Source of the DNA: Patescibacteria group bacterium
Lineage (GTDB): Bacteria; Patescibacteriota; Microgenomatia; UBA8517
NCBI GenBank assembly: GCA_038061225.1
Contig: JBBTZT010000003.1
Location: 257,515 to 321,514 of the forward strand
DNA: 64,000 nucleotides
Direction of reading: 5' to 3'
The notes under the pieces were generated by a model, which saw only the letters and a program-made list of their open reading frames with translations, had not been told where the DNA came from and ran no database searches. This document shows positions 18,554 to 27,827 of the stretch, in pieces. Position numbers and translations under genes: made by a program. How positions within the stretch are numbered: position 1 is the first letter of the stretch; every line of letters begins with the position of its first letter.

Positions 18554-19585
18554 ATGTCAAACGTAATAAAATGCAAGAATTGTGGAACTGAAATAGATGT
18601 TGGAGAGCAATTGGCTCATGATATTAAAGAATCTGTTGTTCTTGAGGAAAGAAAAAAAGCACAAGAAGAAGTAGATATTGTACGACGAAAGTTCAATACT
18701 GATATGGGCAAGCTTCTTGACGAAATTAAAACTTTGCGTGAGAAAGATCAAATGAGAGATTTGGAAATGAAGAAAAAACTTCTAGAAAGTGAGGAAACAA
18801 TTAAAAATGATTTAAAAATTAAACTTGAAGATGAACATAGATTAAAAGATTTGGAAAATTATAAGAAAATGCAAGATGTTTTGAAAGCTAATGAAGAATT
18901 AAAAAGAAAATTAGAACAAGGATCACAACAAACACAAGGTGAAGTATTAGAACTAACTATAGAGAAAAAATTACGTCAGGATTATCCACAAGATGAAATA
19001 AAAGAAGTTAAAAAGGGAGTAAAAGGAGCTGATGTTATCCAAATTGTTATTGATAAAAAAGGGCAAAAATGTGGAAGCTTACTTTGGGAATCAAAAAATG
19101 CTAAGTGGAGTGAAACATGGATAACAAAACTTAAAGAAGATCAAAGACAGGCCAAGGCAGACCTAGCTATACTTGTCTCAGTTGATTTGCCAGAAGACAT
19201 TAAAGAAAAAGGAATTGGTTATAAAAACGGTATTTGGATATGTGGTGCAACTAATTTTAATCAACTGGCAATGTCTTTAAGATTTAATTTAGTTAATATT
19301 TACTATGAAAAACAAAACGCTGTAGGAGTAGATGAGAAAATGAAAGTACTATATGAGTATTTAACAGGAAATGAATTTAAACATAGAGTAGAGGGAATTG
19401 TGGAAGCTTTTGGAACACTTCAGGACGACATCGAAAGAGAAAAAAGGTGGTTTAGTGCAAAATGGGCAAGACAAGAAAAAGAAATTAGAAAAGTAATTGA
19501 TCATACACATGGAATGTATGGTGATCTTCAAGGTGTTACAGGTAGGGCACTTCCTGAAATAAAATCATTGGAATTAGAAGAATAA
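18554..19585 (+). CDS. DUF2130 family coiled-coil / nuclease-like protein
   Basis: IKCKNC zinc knuckle, SQQTQGEVLEL, GADVIQ, LWESKN, WITKLKEDQR. Confidence 0.85.
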   Translation: MSNVIKCKNCGTEIDVGEQLAHDIKESVVLEERKKAQEEVDIVRRKFNTDMGKLLDEIKTLREKDQMRDLEMKKKLLESEETIKNDLKIKLEDEHRLKDLENYKKMQDVLKANEELKRKLEQGSQQTQGEVLELTIEKKLRQDYPQDEIKEVKKGVKGADVIQIVIDKKGQKCGSLLWESKNAKWSETWITKLKEDQRQAKADLAILVSVDLPEDIKEKGIGYKNGIWICGATNFNQLAMSLRFNLVNIYYEKQNAVGVDEKMKVLYEYLTGNEFKHRVEGIVEAFGTLQDDIEREKRWFSAKWARQEKEIRKVIDHTHGMYGDLQGVTGRALPEIKSLELEE

Positions 19586-19593
19586 ACAACCTC

Positions 19594-19622
19594 TTGACTT
19601 CGGTTTTGATTGGGGTTAAATT
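19594..19622 (+). promoter_or_regulatory. sigma70 promoter of rhuM containing a candidate LexA direct-repeat operator
   Basis: TTGACT-17nt-TAAATT, 5 nt before ATG; contains TTCGG-N6-TTGGG (19599-19614). Confidence 0.5.
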
Positions 19623-19627
19623 AAATT

Positions 19628-20624
19628 ATGACAACTTCTAAAATTAAAATTCAAAATAATACTTTCAAAGAAGTGATGATTTACCAGACTCCAGACAAGA
19701 GTGTAAAAGTCGAGATTTATTTAAAGGATGAAAATTTATGGCTAACTCAGATTAGAATAGCTGAATTGTTTGGCGTTGAAAGAAGTGTTGTCACAAAGCA
19801 TTTAAAGAATATTTTTTATGAACGAGAGTTAGATTTAAAAAGCAATGTGCAAAAAATGCACATTGCTAAGTCTGATAAACCAGTTAAATACTATAATCTT
19901 AATGTAATTATTGCTGTTGGGTATAGAATCAACTCAATTAAGGCCACAAAATTTCGTATTTGGGCTACTCAAGTTTTAAAGGAATACATAGGACGATGAA
20001 AGATTAAAAGATCCTGATCAAATATTTGGTAAGGATTACTTTGAAGAGCAGCTCGCGAGAATCAGAAATATCCGTTCAAGCGAGAGAAGGATGTATCAAA
20101 AGATTACTGATATCTATGCAGAATGCAGTGCCGACTATGATCCAAATAGTGATATGACCAAAGACTTTTTTGCTACAGTTCAGAATAAACTGCATTTTGC
20201 TATTACTGGTCAAACCGCCGCAGAAATTATAGCTAAGAGAATTGGTAATAAAAAGTTAAATATGGGATTAACAAATTGGAAAAATGGACCAAAAGGCAAA
20301 ATTAGAGAAACTGATGTGGTAATTGCAAAGAATTATTTAAATGAAATAGAGCTGGATAAATTAAACAGAATTGTAACTGTTTACTTAGATTATGCAGATA
20401 TGATGGCAAAAGATAGGATTGTTATATATATGGAAGATTGGATCAAGAAACTGGATGCTTTTCTTAAATTTAGTGAGAAGGACATACTTTCAGATAATGG
20501 AAAAGTAAGTTATGAAGTTGCAGAACAATTGGCATTGGGAGAATATAAAAAGTTTAGAATTAAACAAGACAAAAATTATATCTCAGATTTTGATAGAGAA
20601 GTTAAAAAACTTTTAAAAAAATAG
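19628..20624 (+). pseudogene. rhuM: RhuM family DNA-binding protein, frameshifted near 19990
   Basis: First frame ...AVGYRINS..ATKFRIWATQVLKEYI; continues in another frame as DDERLKDP...DYFEEQLARIRNIRSSERRMYQKITDIYA; the usual IKGFxx linker is missing. Confidence 0.85.
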
Positions 20625-20630
20625 CAAAAA

Positions 20631-20886
20631 CTAGAACTGGGATTCGAAAACTTGTTCTGTCTTATAACTCCTAACTTTAAGAATTTGAAGTGTTGGGTCA
20701 GTAACTTTATAGTCCGAGTTTTCTGCAACAAACAACCCGATTCCAATGTGCGGAATATAACCCAAATCTTTTCTGAAAAATGGAGCCAATATACCAGTAT
20801 AAAGCTTATCGTGAAGGGCAATCACAATGATCCCAAGATTTATCTAATCCTAGTAAATGAATTTTAAAAGACCTCTCATCTTTAAC
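20631..20886 (-). pseudogene. Fragment of 2'-5' RNA ligase-like (2H phosphoesterase) gene
   Basis: IALHDKLYTGILAPFFRKDLGYIPHIGIG, preceded out of frame by FKIHLLGLDKSWDH. Confidence 0.5.
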
Positions 20887-21064
20887 TTAATTATCGGTTT
20901 ATGTAAGTTTCTACTAATTTAGCCTTGAAGTTTCCTAATTCCTCATAATAGGTCACTTTTACCCCTTATTTACCTTCTTTTAACTATTGTTAACTAAGCA
21001 TTTTAGCTGTACAATTATGCATAATAGGAATTATCTAAAAGTAATACTTTTTTGACGACCAAAA

Positions 21065-21259
21065 ATGCCAAAAGACGATAAAAGGTTGCCGGAACTATTA
21101 ACCATTGCGCAGGTGGCGAAAATTCTTAATGTCCACCCGACTACGCTTAGGCGGTGGGATAAGAAAGGAAAGTTAAAAGCCATTCGTGTAGGCACGAGAC
21201 GCGGTGTTGGCGAAAGACGCTATCACCGAGAGGATATTATAAAGTTAATAACAAAGTAA
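21065..21259 (+). CDS. Xis/MerR-like helix-turn-helix protein
   Basis: LLTIAQVAKILNVHPTTLRRWDKKGKL...RRY. Confidence 0.88.
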   Translation: MPKDDKRLPELLTIAQVAKILNVHPTTLRRWDKKGKLKAIRVGTRRGVGERRYHREDIIKLITK

Positions 21260-21263
21260 ATTT

Positions 21264-24200
21264 ATGTATACGCCGAATAAATCAATTATTGATAATGATA
21301 AAATTAAGCTCTTTACAGAGTTAAAGAACATTCTTAATGACCAGCCTAGCAACTTTGACGTAGCTACCGGCTATTTTAATGTTGGAGGCTTCGAGTTAGT
21401 CGCCCAAGAAATAAAAAATGTCAAAAAGTTCAGATTATTACTTGGAAAGTCACCAAGTGTTGATGACAAGTTGGTACCGGATTTATTCGAGCCAGTAGCG
21501 TTTTATAAGACCAATCTTAAAGAAGACCTCGAAAACGAAGAATTTACCTCTAAAAAGTCTCAGGCGGTCAAAAACCTCATAGCTTTTCTTGAAAAGCAGG
21601 ATGTTGAAGTTAAACTACTGGAAAAACCCTTTCTTCATGGCAAGGCTTACATTTTTAATGATCTGGCTATCATTGGCTCTAGCAACTTCACTTATTCGGG
21701 ACTTGCCGGCAATACAGAATTAAACGCAGTGCTCATTGATCCGCACCCCGTTTATCTTAAAAAAGAATGGTTTGATAAGTTTTGGGAGCAAGCCCGCGAT
21801 TTTAAGCAAGAGCTTATTGAAATCCTCAAAAGCTCAAAGTTAGGTACAAGGGAATACTCGCCTTACGAAGTTTATATTAAAGCGCTCTATGAACTTCAAA
21901 AGAAAGAGCTGGAACCTACGGAAGCCCCCAGAAACGAGCGTTTGCCCGAAAGCGTAGTAGATTTAGCAACATTTCAAGAAGACGCGGTTAATCGTGTGTA
22001 CTCATCGCTCACCAACTATAATGGCGTCTTAGTTGCTGATTCTGTCGGTCTTGGTAAAACATGGATTGCAAAAAAAGTCATTGAGGACTTTGGTTTTTAT
22101 AGAAGACGTAAGTTCTTGGTTATATGTCCAGCTTCACTTCACCGAATGTGGCAAGCTGAGCTTAAAGACTTGGGTGTTTCAGAAAATATCATCCATCAAG
22201 AGTATTTAGGAGGAGAAGGCTTGGACTTTGAAGATTTAGAGAAACGCCATCAGATAAAGTTTGCCGATATCTCCCTCATTGTAATTGACGAGTCTCACAA
22301 CTTCAGAAATCCCATATCTAACCGCTATGAAAACCTTTTTTCACTTATAGAAAAAATTCGCTCATTCGGTAAAACCCCAAAGGTAATTTTAATGACTGCA
22401 ACTCCAATGAATAACACTATTTGGGACTTTTACTTTCAACTTATGCTTATTGGTCAAAACAATAAGCGCATGTTTATTAAGCAAGGAATTTTTGACTTGC
22501 AAAAAGAGTTTAGCAAAGCCCAGAAAGGAAATACCAACCACATTAACGATGTTTTGCAATCAATCTCCATTCGTAGAACACGCCAATATATTAGAGAAAA
22601 CTACAAAGATGCAAAATTCAAAACAGAGACAGGGGAATACAAAAAGATTGAATTCCCAGATAGAAAACTGGAAGAAGTACACTATTCTCTTGATAAAGCC
22701 TATGATGGCCTCTATGCCGAGATTTCGCGCAAGATAGAAGCCGATTTGACTCTTGCTTACTACAAACTCTCCGAGTACAAAGTATCCGAGAAAAAAGATT
22801 TAGTAGAAGTCCACAGAGGACAGGCTTTAGCCGGTATCTTCCAAACAGTTCTTCTAAAAAGATTGGAAAGTTCAGTCGAGGCATTTCGCAAAAGCGTTAA
22901 AAGCCACAAAGAGTTCTTGGGTGAATTTAAAAATGTTGTCCAGAAAGGGAAAATACTACGCAAAAAGTTCTTCCTAAAATACATAAACAGTTTAGATGAA
23001 TCAATCGAGGATATAGATGGCTTGGGAGACTTTGGTAATAGCTTGGAAGATATAGACCTTAAAGACTACGACAAAGAGAAGATGTTTGCTGATATTGACC
23101 AAGATATTAAGGTTTTTTCAACTATTTATGAAGATATAAAAAATATAGATGAAAGCCAAGATGCAAAACTTATTAAATTTAAGGAACATTTACTCAAAAA
23201 TCTTAAAGAGGAAAAAGCCGTTATCTTCTCCTACTACTCCGACACTGTTAAGTATGTCGCTCAAGCATTAGATAAAGATGAGGATTTTAAGAAAAAGTAT
23301 GGTAAGAAGATAGCTTTCATTACTGGTGCTAATTCTTCAAACGAGCGCCAGACTATTATTGAAGATTTCTTAAACGGCAAGACAAATGTTGTTATTTCAA
23401 CCGATATTCTCTCCGAAGGTCAAAACTTGCAACAAGCAAAAACAGTTACTAATTACGATTTACATTGGAATCCGGTGAGAATGATTCAAAGAGCGGGAAG
23501 AATTGACCGTATTGGTACCCCTTTCAAAGAAATTATTATCTATAACTTTTACCCAGAGGATGAGTTGGAATCGCTCCTTGATCTAGTAGAAACCTTACAG
23601 AAAAAAATTATGATGATTAACGATACCATTGGTCTTGACGCCTCTGTTTTAGGTGAGCAGATAAACCCTAAAGTATTTGGTATTATACGGGACTTAAAAA
23701 GTGAGGAAGAAGAAACGAAAGATAAGACAATGGAACTTTTGGAAGCCGAGCAGTTCGGAGGCGGAGAACTTTTCTTCCAGCCCCTGAAAAACTTTGGACT
23801 GGATAAACTCCCCGCGTTTGCCGATGGTTTGCCTCACGGAATACAAAGTGGACTAAAGAAGGGTTATAGAGGCATTTTCTTTTATTTCCAGTATGCAGAG
23901 GAGTATCACTTCTGGTACCTGTACGATTTAATTGACAAAGAATTTAAAACCAACAAGACAGAAATTTTAGACTTTATAGCCTGCAAGCAAGTTGAGCGTC
24001 GAGTTGTCCCCGAAGATTACGATGTTTATTCAGCTCACGATGAAGTAAAAAATCGTATTGCAGAGCTTTTTAATGAAACAAGGTTTGAGGTTGAAATGCG
24101 TACTCCCTCCGGTAAGAAAGAAAAGTTTTTAATTGATATGCGGGATGAATTGGAACATATAAAAACAGAGGTTTTGTTTGAAGAAGATCAAAAGGAGAGA

Positions 24201-24431
24201 ACAAAAATAGAAGAAATTGTTACTAAGATAAACGAGGTCAACTTTACTAAAAAGCGTTTGCAGTATTTAAGGCGTTCTTGGCAGGCTTACAAAAAATCAC
24301 ATCAGAACTGGCGAAAACTGGTTGCAGAGCTTGGTGACTTTTTAGCGGACAAGGTTGAAACACCAACAGAAATTATTGAGGAATTTAATGACAAGAAACT
24401 CAAACTTATTTGCGTTGATTATATTTCATGA
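21264..24431 (+). CDS. PLD-nuclease / SNF2-family helicase fusion
   Basis: DVATGYF, LHGKAYIF...IGSSNFT (PLD HxK); LVADSVGLGKT, IDESHNFRN, MTATP, LLKRLESS, EGQNLQ, DLHWNPVRMIQRAGRIDR. Confidence 0.9.
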   Translation: MYTPNKSIIDNDKIKLFTELKNILNDQPSNFDVATGYFNVGGFELVAQEIKNVKKFRLLLGKSPSVDDKLVPDLFEPVAFYKTNLKEDLENEEFTSKKSQAVKNLIAFLEKQDVEVKLLEKPFLHGKAYIFNDLAIIGSSNFTYSGLAGNTELNAVLIDPHPVYLKKEWFDKFWEQARDFKQELIEILKSSKLGTREYSPYEVYIKALYELQKKELEPTEAPRNERLPESVVDLATFQEDAVNRVYSSLTNYNGVLVADSVGLGKTWIAKKVIEDFGFYRRRKFLVICPASLHRMWQAELKDLGVSENIIHQEYLGGEGLDFEDLEKRHQIKFADISLIVIDESHNFRNPISNRYENLFSLIEKIRSFGKTPKVILMTATPMNNTIWDFYFQLMLIGQNNKRMFIKQGIFDLQKEFSKAQKGNTNHINDVLQSISIRRTRQYIRENYKDAKFKTETGEYKKIEFPDRKLEEVHYSLDKAYDGLYAEISRKIEADLTLAYYKLSEYKVSEKKDLVEVHRGQALAGIFQTVLLKRLESSVEAFRKSVKSHKEFLGEFKNVVQKGKILRKKFFLKYINSLDESIEDIDGLGDFGNSLEDIDLKDYDKEKMFADIDQDIKVFSTIYEDIKNIDESQDAKLIKFKEHLLKNLKEEKAVIFSYYSDTVKYVAQALDKDEDFKKKYGKKIAFITGANSSNERQTIIEDFLNGKTNVVISTDILSEGQNLQQAKTVTNYDLHWNPVRMIQRAGRIDRIGTPFKEIIIYNFYPEDELESLLDLVETLQKKIMMINDTIGLDASVLGEQINPKVFGIIRDLKSEEEETKDKTMELLEAEQFGGGELFFQPLKNFGLDKLPAFADGLPHGIQSGLKKGYRGIFFYFQYAEEYHFWYLYDLIDKEFKTNKTEILDFIACKQVERRVVPEDYDVYSAHDEVKNRIAELFNETRFEVEMRTPSGKKEKFLIDMRDELEHIKTEVLFEEDQKERTKIEEIVTKINEVNFTKKRLQYLRRSWQAYKKSHQNWRKLVAELGDFLADKVETPTEIIEEFNDKKLKLICVDYIS

Positions 24432-24434
24432 GTT

Positions 24435-27400
24435 ATGGGAACAAATATAGACTTAGACGAATTTTTGCCAACAATGGATGCACCGGACAAGGTGTATCAA
24501 CTTTTCGAATCTCTTGGTTTTAAGGTACTCGATTCTCACCTCAAGACAAACCCGTCAGTTTATAACTTACCGGTCAAAGAAGCCGCATTAGTTGAGAAGA
24601 TTTATGCAGTCTCAAATTATGACCGCCGTTTTCAGATTCTTTTATTTAAACTCAAAGAGGAAAACAAAGAAGCAATCCGTACAATACCGGAGAAAATTTT
24701 ACGCGAGGTAGACTTCCCTTTCATTATCTTTACCCCAGATTTTAAGACTTACACTTTTACTCTTGTTGAAAAAGTCCGTGAGGGACCCGGAGAGTTCAAA
24801 CGCAAACTCACAAAACTTGTAGTTGATAGCAGTCAGCCCTATCACACGGACAAAGAAATACTAGGAAGCCTTGCGCTATCTGTTGATACCAAAAACCCCG
24901 TTGAGGTTTATAAAATGTTTCAAAGCGCTTTTAGCGTTGAGAAAGTCACTAAGAAATTCTTTACCGAATATCGGGAAGTTTTTGAAAGATTAGTAGGAGA
25001 AGTTACTAAGCAGAATAAGCACCTGAAATTTACGCTTTTTTCCAGAGATGCTTCTGTAGAAAACTTTGTCAAAATACTTTTAGGTCGTTTAATGTTTCTC
25101 TACTTTATACAAAAGAGGGGCTGGCTTAACTGCTTTGATGGTTGGGGTAGCGGAGATAAAAAGTTTCTCTATAATAAATTTCAAGAGGCAAAGAAAGAAA
25201 AGAAAAACTATTTTAAGGATTACCTCGAACCGCTTTTCTTTGACACTCTCAACAATCCCCGCCGCGATAAGCCAGATCAAGCAACACAGTTTGGCGGTAG
25301 AATCCCTTTCCTAAACGGAGGACTATTTGAACCAGAGTACGACTATCAAGATGTAAGAAATCACATACTTTTAGAAAACTCCACCTTTGATGATGTTTTC
25401 TCGGTTTTTGAGAAATATAACTTTACTGTTAAAGAGGATGAGCCGCTTGAAAAAGAAGTAGCCATTGACCCTGAAATGTTGGGTAAGGTTTTTGAAAATC
25501 TCTTGGAGGAAAACTTACGTAAAGGCAAGGGCACGTATTACACCCCTCGAGAAATCGTCCACTACATGTGCCATGAAAGCCTTATAAACTATCTGGCTTC
25601 CGAAGTTAGCCTAGATCAAGATGTGATAAGGAATTTCTTGGATCGTGAGCAGTCCCTAGAAAAGAAGGAAACTTTAAGTTCTGCTATAAGAGAGAAAGCA
25701 AAGGAAATAGACGAAAAATTAGCTGATATTAAGGTTTTAGACCCTGCCTGCGGTTCTGGCGCTTTCTTGGTTGGTATGCTCCACGAAGTTATAAATGCCC
25801 GCCTAAGTCTTAATCGGGAGCTTGGGCGCAGTCTCTCGGAGTATGAAGTTAAAAAAGCAACAATTCAAAATAATATCTATGGTGTAGATATTGACCCCGG
25901 AGCTTCTGAAATTGCCAAACTTCGTTTATGGTTGACACTTGTTGTTGACCACAATCTCTCCGAAATAGAACCGCTCCCTAATCTTGACTATAAAATTATG
26001 GTCGGTAATTCACTACTCGATGAATTTATGGGCGTAAAACTCTTTAATCCCGAGAACGCAAAAGCTCAAGCAAATGGTAAGAAAATGATTAGTCTTTTTG
26101 ACGAAGATTCACAAGTTTCACTCTTTGAAAATGATGATAAAAAAACAAGTGTCCTAAAAGCCTTGCAAGGGCTACATGCTTTATATTTCAAAGAGTCTGA
26201 CCCCGAAAAGAAGAAGCAAATTAGAACTCAAATAGACAAGATTGAGTTTGATCTTATCGAGGCAACTGTTAATGATGAAGTATCACAACTGGAAAGAAAA
26301 ACTAAAGGAATTGTTGAACCGTATTTGTCTCATGGTATAGGAATTCCAGCGAAAGAAGCGGAGAGAATTTCAAAACTAAGTTCTCAACAAGGACAGATTT
26401 TAGAAACTTTTAATGAGATAAAGAAAAGTAATGTTAAACCATTTTTCTTGTTTCAACTCCATTTCTCCGATGTTTTTGAAAAGAAAGGCGGGTTTGATAT
26501 TGTTATCGCAAACCCACCTTATATGAAAGAGAGAGATAATAAAAAGGTTTTTGAAATAGTCAATAATTCTAGTTTTGGTAAAAAGTATCATCAAGGGAAA
26601 ATGGATTACTGGTATTATTTCTTGCATAAAGCTATTGATATCACAAAAGATAACGGGTTCATCTCCTATATAACGTCTCGGTACTGGATAAATAGTTATG
26701 GTGCAAAAAAACTTATTGAAAGAGTTAATAAAGAGTTATCTTTTGTAAACTTCGTTGATATTGGTAAGTTGAAGGTATTTGATGAAGTAGCTGGCTACCA
26801 TATGATTGCTGTTTATAAAAAGACAGTAGATATTGATCTGTTTACTTATAAAAAACTTCAAAACGAAATTAGTGATATAAGTAAAAGTTCTAATACTGAA
26901 AACCTAGAAATAAAAACATTATCAAAGAAGGAAATATTTACTGATAATGACGAGATTATTTTGGAAACCGATGGTTTAAAATATGATAATGTTGTTTTAT
27001 TAGGTTCAATCGCAGATACCTCGGTTGGAGTTCAAGAATCCCCTGACAAAATTAATAGTAAGCTCCTTCTAAGTGCAAAGCGAACAGATATATCTGTTGG
27101 TGATGGTGTTTTTGTTTTATCGCAAAAAGAATTAGATAACCTACGGCTAAAAGAGATTGGCCGACTGCCAATAATTAAAAAATATTTAGACCCTAATGAT
27201 GTGTACCGTTATCGAGTTAGTTGGAAAAGTAAGTATCTCATTTATTCTGACAATAAAATTAAGGAGGACATTAAAAGTAACAAGGAATACATTAGTATCA
27301 AGAATCATTTAGACAAATTTAGAGAATTTATTTCCTCTTCAAACAAGCCTTACGGGTTACATAGATCACGCGACATAAAGTATTTTATAGAACCCAAGAT

Positions 27401-27827
27401 TATATTTAAAAATATGTTTATCATGCCCGATTTTACCTACGATGATAAAGGATACTTTTTTGGATTTTCTTTTTCTTCAATAATTCAAAAAGATAAAACT
27501 TTTGACTTGAAATACATTCTAGGTATTTTAAATTCAAAAGTTGCATTTAATTGGTTCCAAAAGAACGGAAAAAGAAGGGGTGCTGGGTTTGATATTGGTG
27601 TTGAAAAACTAAGGCTTTTTCCGATCAAGAAAATTACGCTCCAAGAACAAAAACCAATTATCGAAATTGTCGACAAACTTCTAGATATCACAAAAGATGG
27701 TGATTATTTACAAAACCCCACAAGGCAAACTCAAGTTAAAGACTACGAAAAGCAAATTGACCAGTTAGTTTATAAACTCTATGGCCTAACGCCGGAGGAA
27801 ATTTTAGTTGTGGAGGATCAAAAATGA
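24435..27827 (+). CDS. Type IIG/Eco57I-like N6-adenine DNA methyltransferase with TaqI-like C-terminal specificity domain
   Basis: RLMFLYFIQK, PFLNGGLF, DPEMLGKVFENLL, GTYYTPREIV, LDPACGSGAF, GFDIVIANPPY, YILGILNS, IDQLVYKLYGLT. Confidence 0.9.
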   Translation: MGTNIDLDEFLPTMDAPDKVYQLFESLGFKVLDSHLKTNPSVYNLPVKEAALVEKIYAVSNYDRRFQILLFKLKEENKEAIRTIPEKILREVDFPFIIFTPDFKTYTFTLVEKVREGPGEFKRKLTKLVVDSSQPYHTDKEILGSLALSVDTKNPVEVYKMFQSAFSVEKVTKKFFTEYREVFERLVGEVTKQNKHLKFTLFSRDASVENFVKILLGRLMFLYFIQKRGWLNCFDGWGSGDKKFLYNKFQEAKKEKKNYFKDYLEPLFFDTLNNPRRDKPDQATQFGGRIPFLNGGLFEPEYDYQDVRNHILLENSTFDDVFSVFEKYNFTVKEDEPLEKEVAIDPEMLGKVFENLLEENLRKGKGTYYTPREIVHYMCHESLINYLASEVSLDQDVIRNFLDREQSLEKKETLSSAIREKAKEIDEKLADIKVLDPACGSGAFLVGMLHEVINARLSLNRELGRSLSEYEVKKATIQNNIYGVDIDPGASEIAKLRLWLTLVVDHNLSEIEPLPNLDYKIMVGNSLLDEFMGVKLFNPENAKAQANGKKMISLFDEDSQVSLFENDDKKTSVLKALQGLHALYFKESDPEKKKQIRTQIDKIEFDLIEATVNDEVSQLERKTKGIVEPYLSHGIGIPAKEAERISKLSSQQGQILETFNEIKKSNVKPFFLFQLHFSDVFEKKGGFDIVIANPPYMKERDNKKVFEIVNNSSFGKKYHQGKMDYWYYFLHKAIDITKDNGFISYITSRYWINSYGAKKLIERVNKELSFVNFVDIGKLKVFDEVAGYHMIAVYKKTVDIDLFTYKKLQNEISDISKSSNTENLEIKTLSKKEIFTDNDEIILETDGLKYDNVVLLGSIADTSVGVQESPDKINSKLLLSAKRTDISVGDGVFVLSQKELDNLRLKEIGRLPIIKKYLDPNDVYRYRVSWKSKYLIYSDNKIKEDIKSNKEYISIKNHLDKFREFISSSNKPYGLHRSRDIKYFIEPKIIFKNMFIMPDFTYDDKGYFFGFSFSSIIQKDKTFDLKYILGILNSKVAFNWFQKNGKRRGAGFDIGVEKLRLFPIKKITLQEQKPIIEIVDKLLDITKDGDYLQNPTRQTQVKDYEKQIDQLVYKLYGLTPEEILVVEDQK

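Noticed and set aside
20630-20652. GGGATTCGAA resembling a tRNA T-arm remnant (possible att site)
   Set aside because: Does not match the 3' end of tRNA-Gly or tRNA-Thr in this window; too short to support
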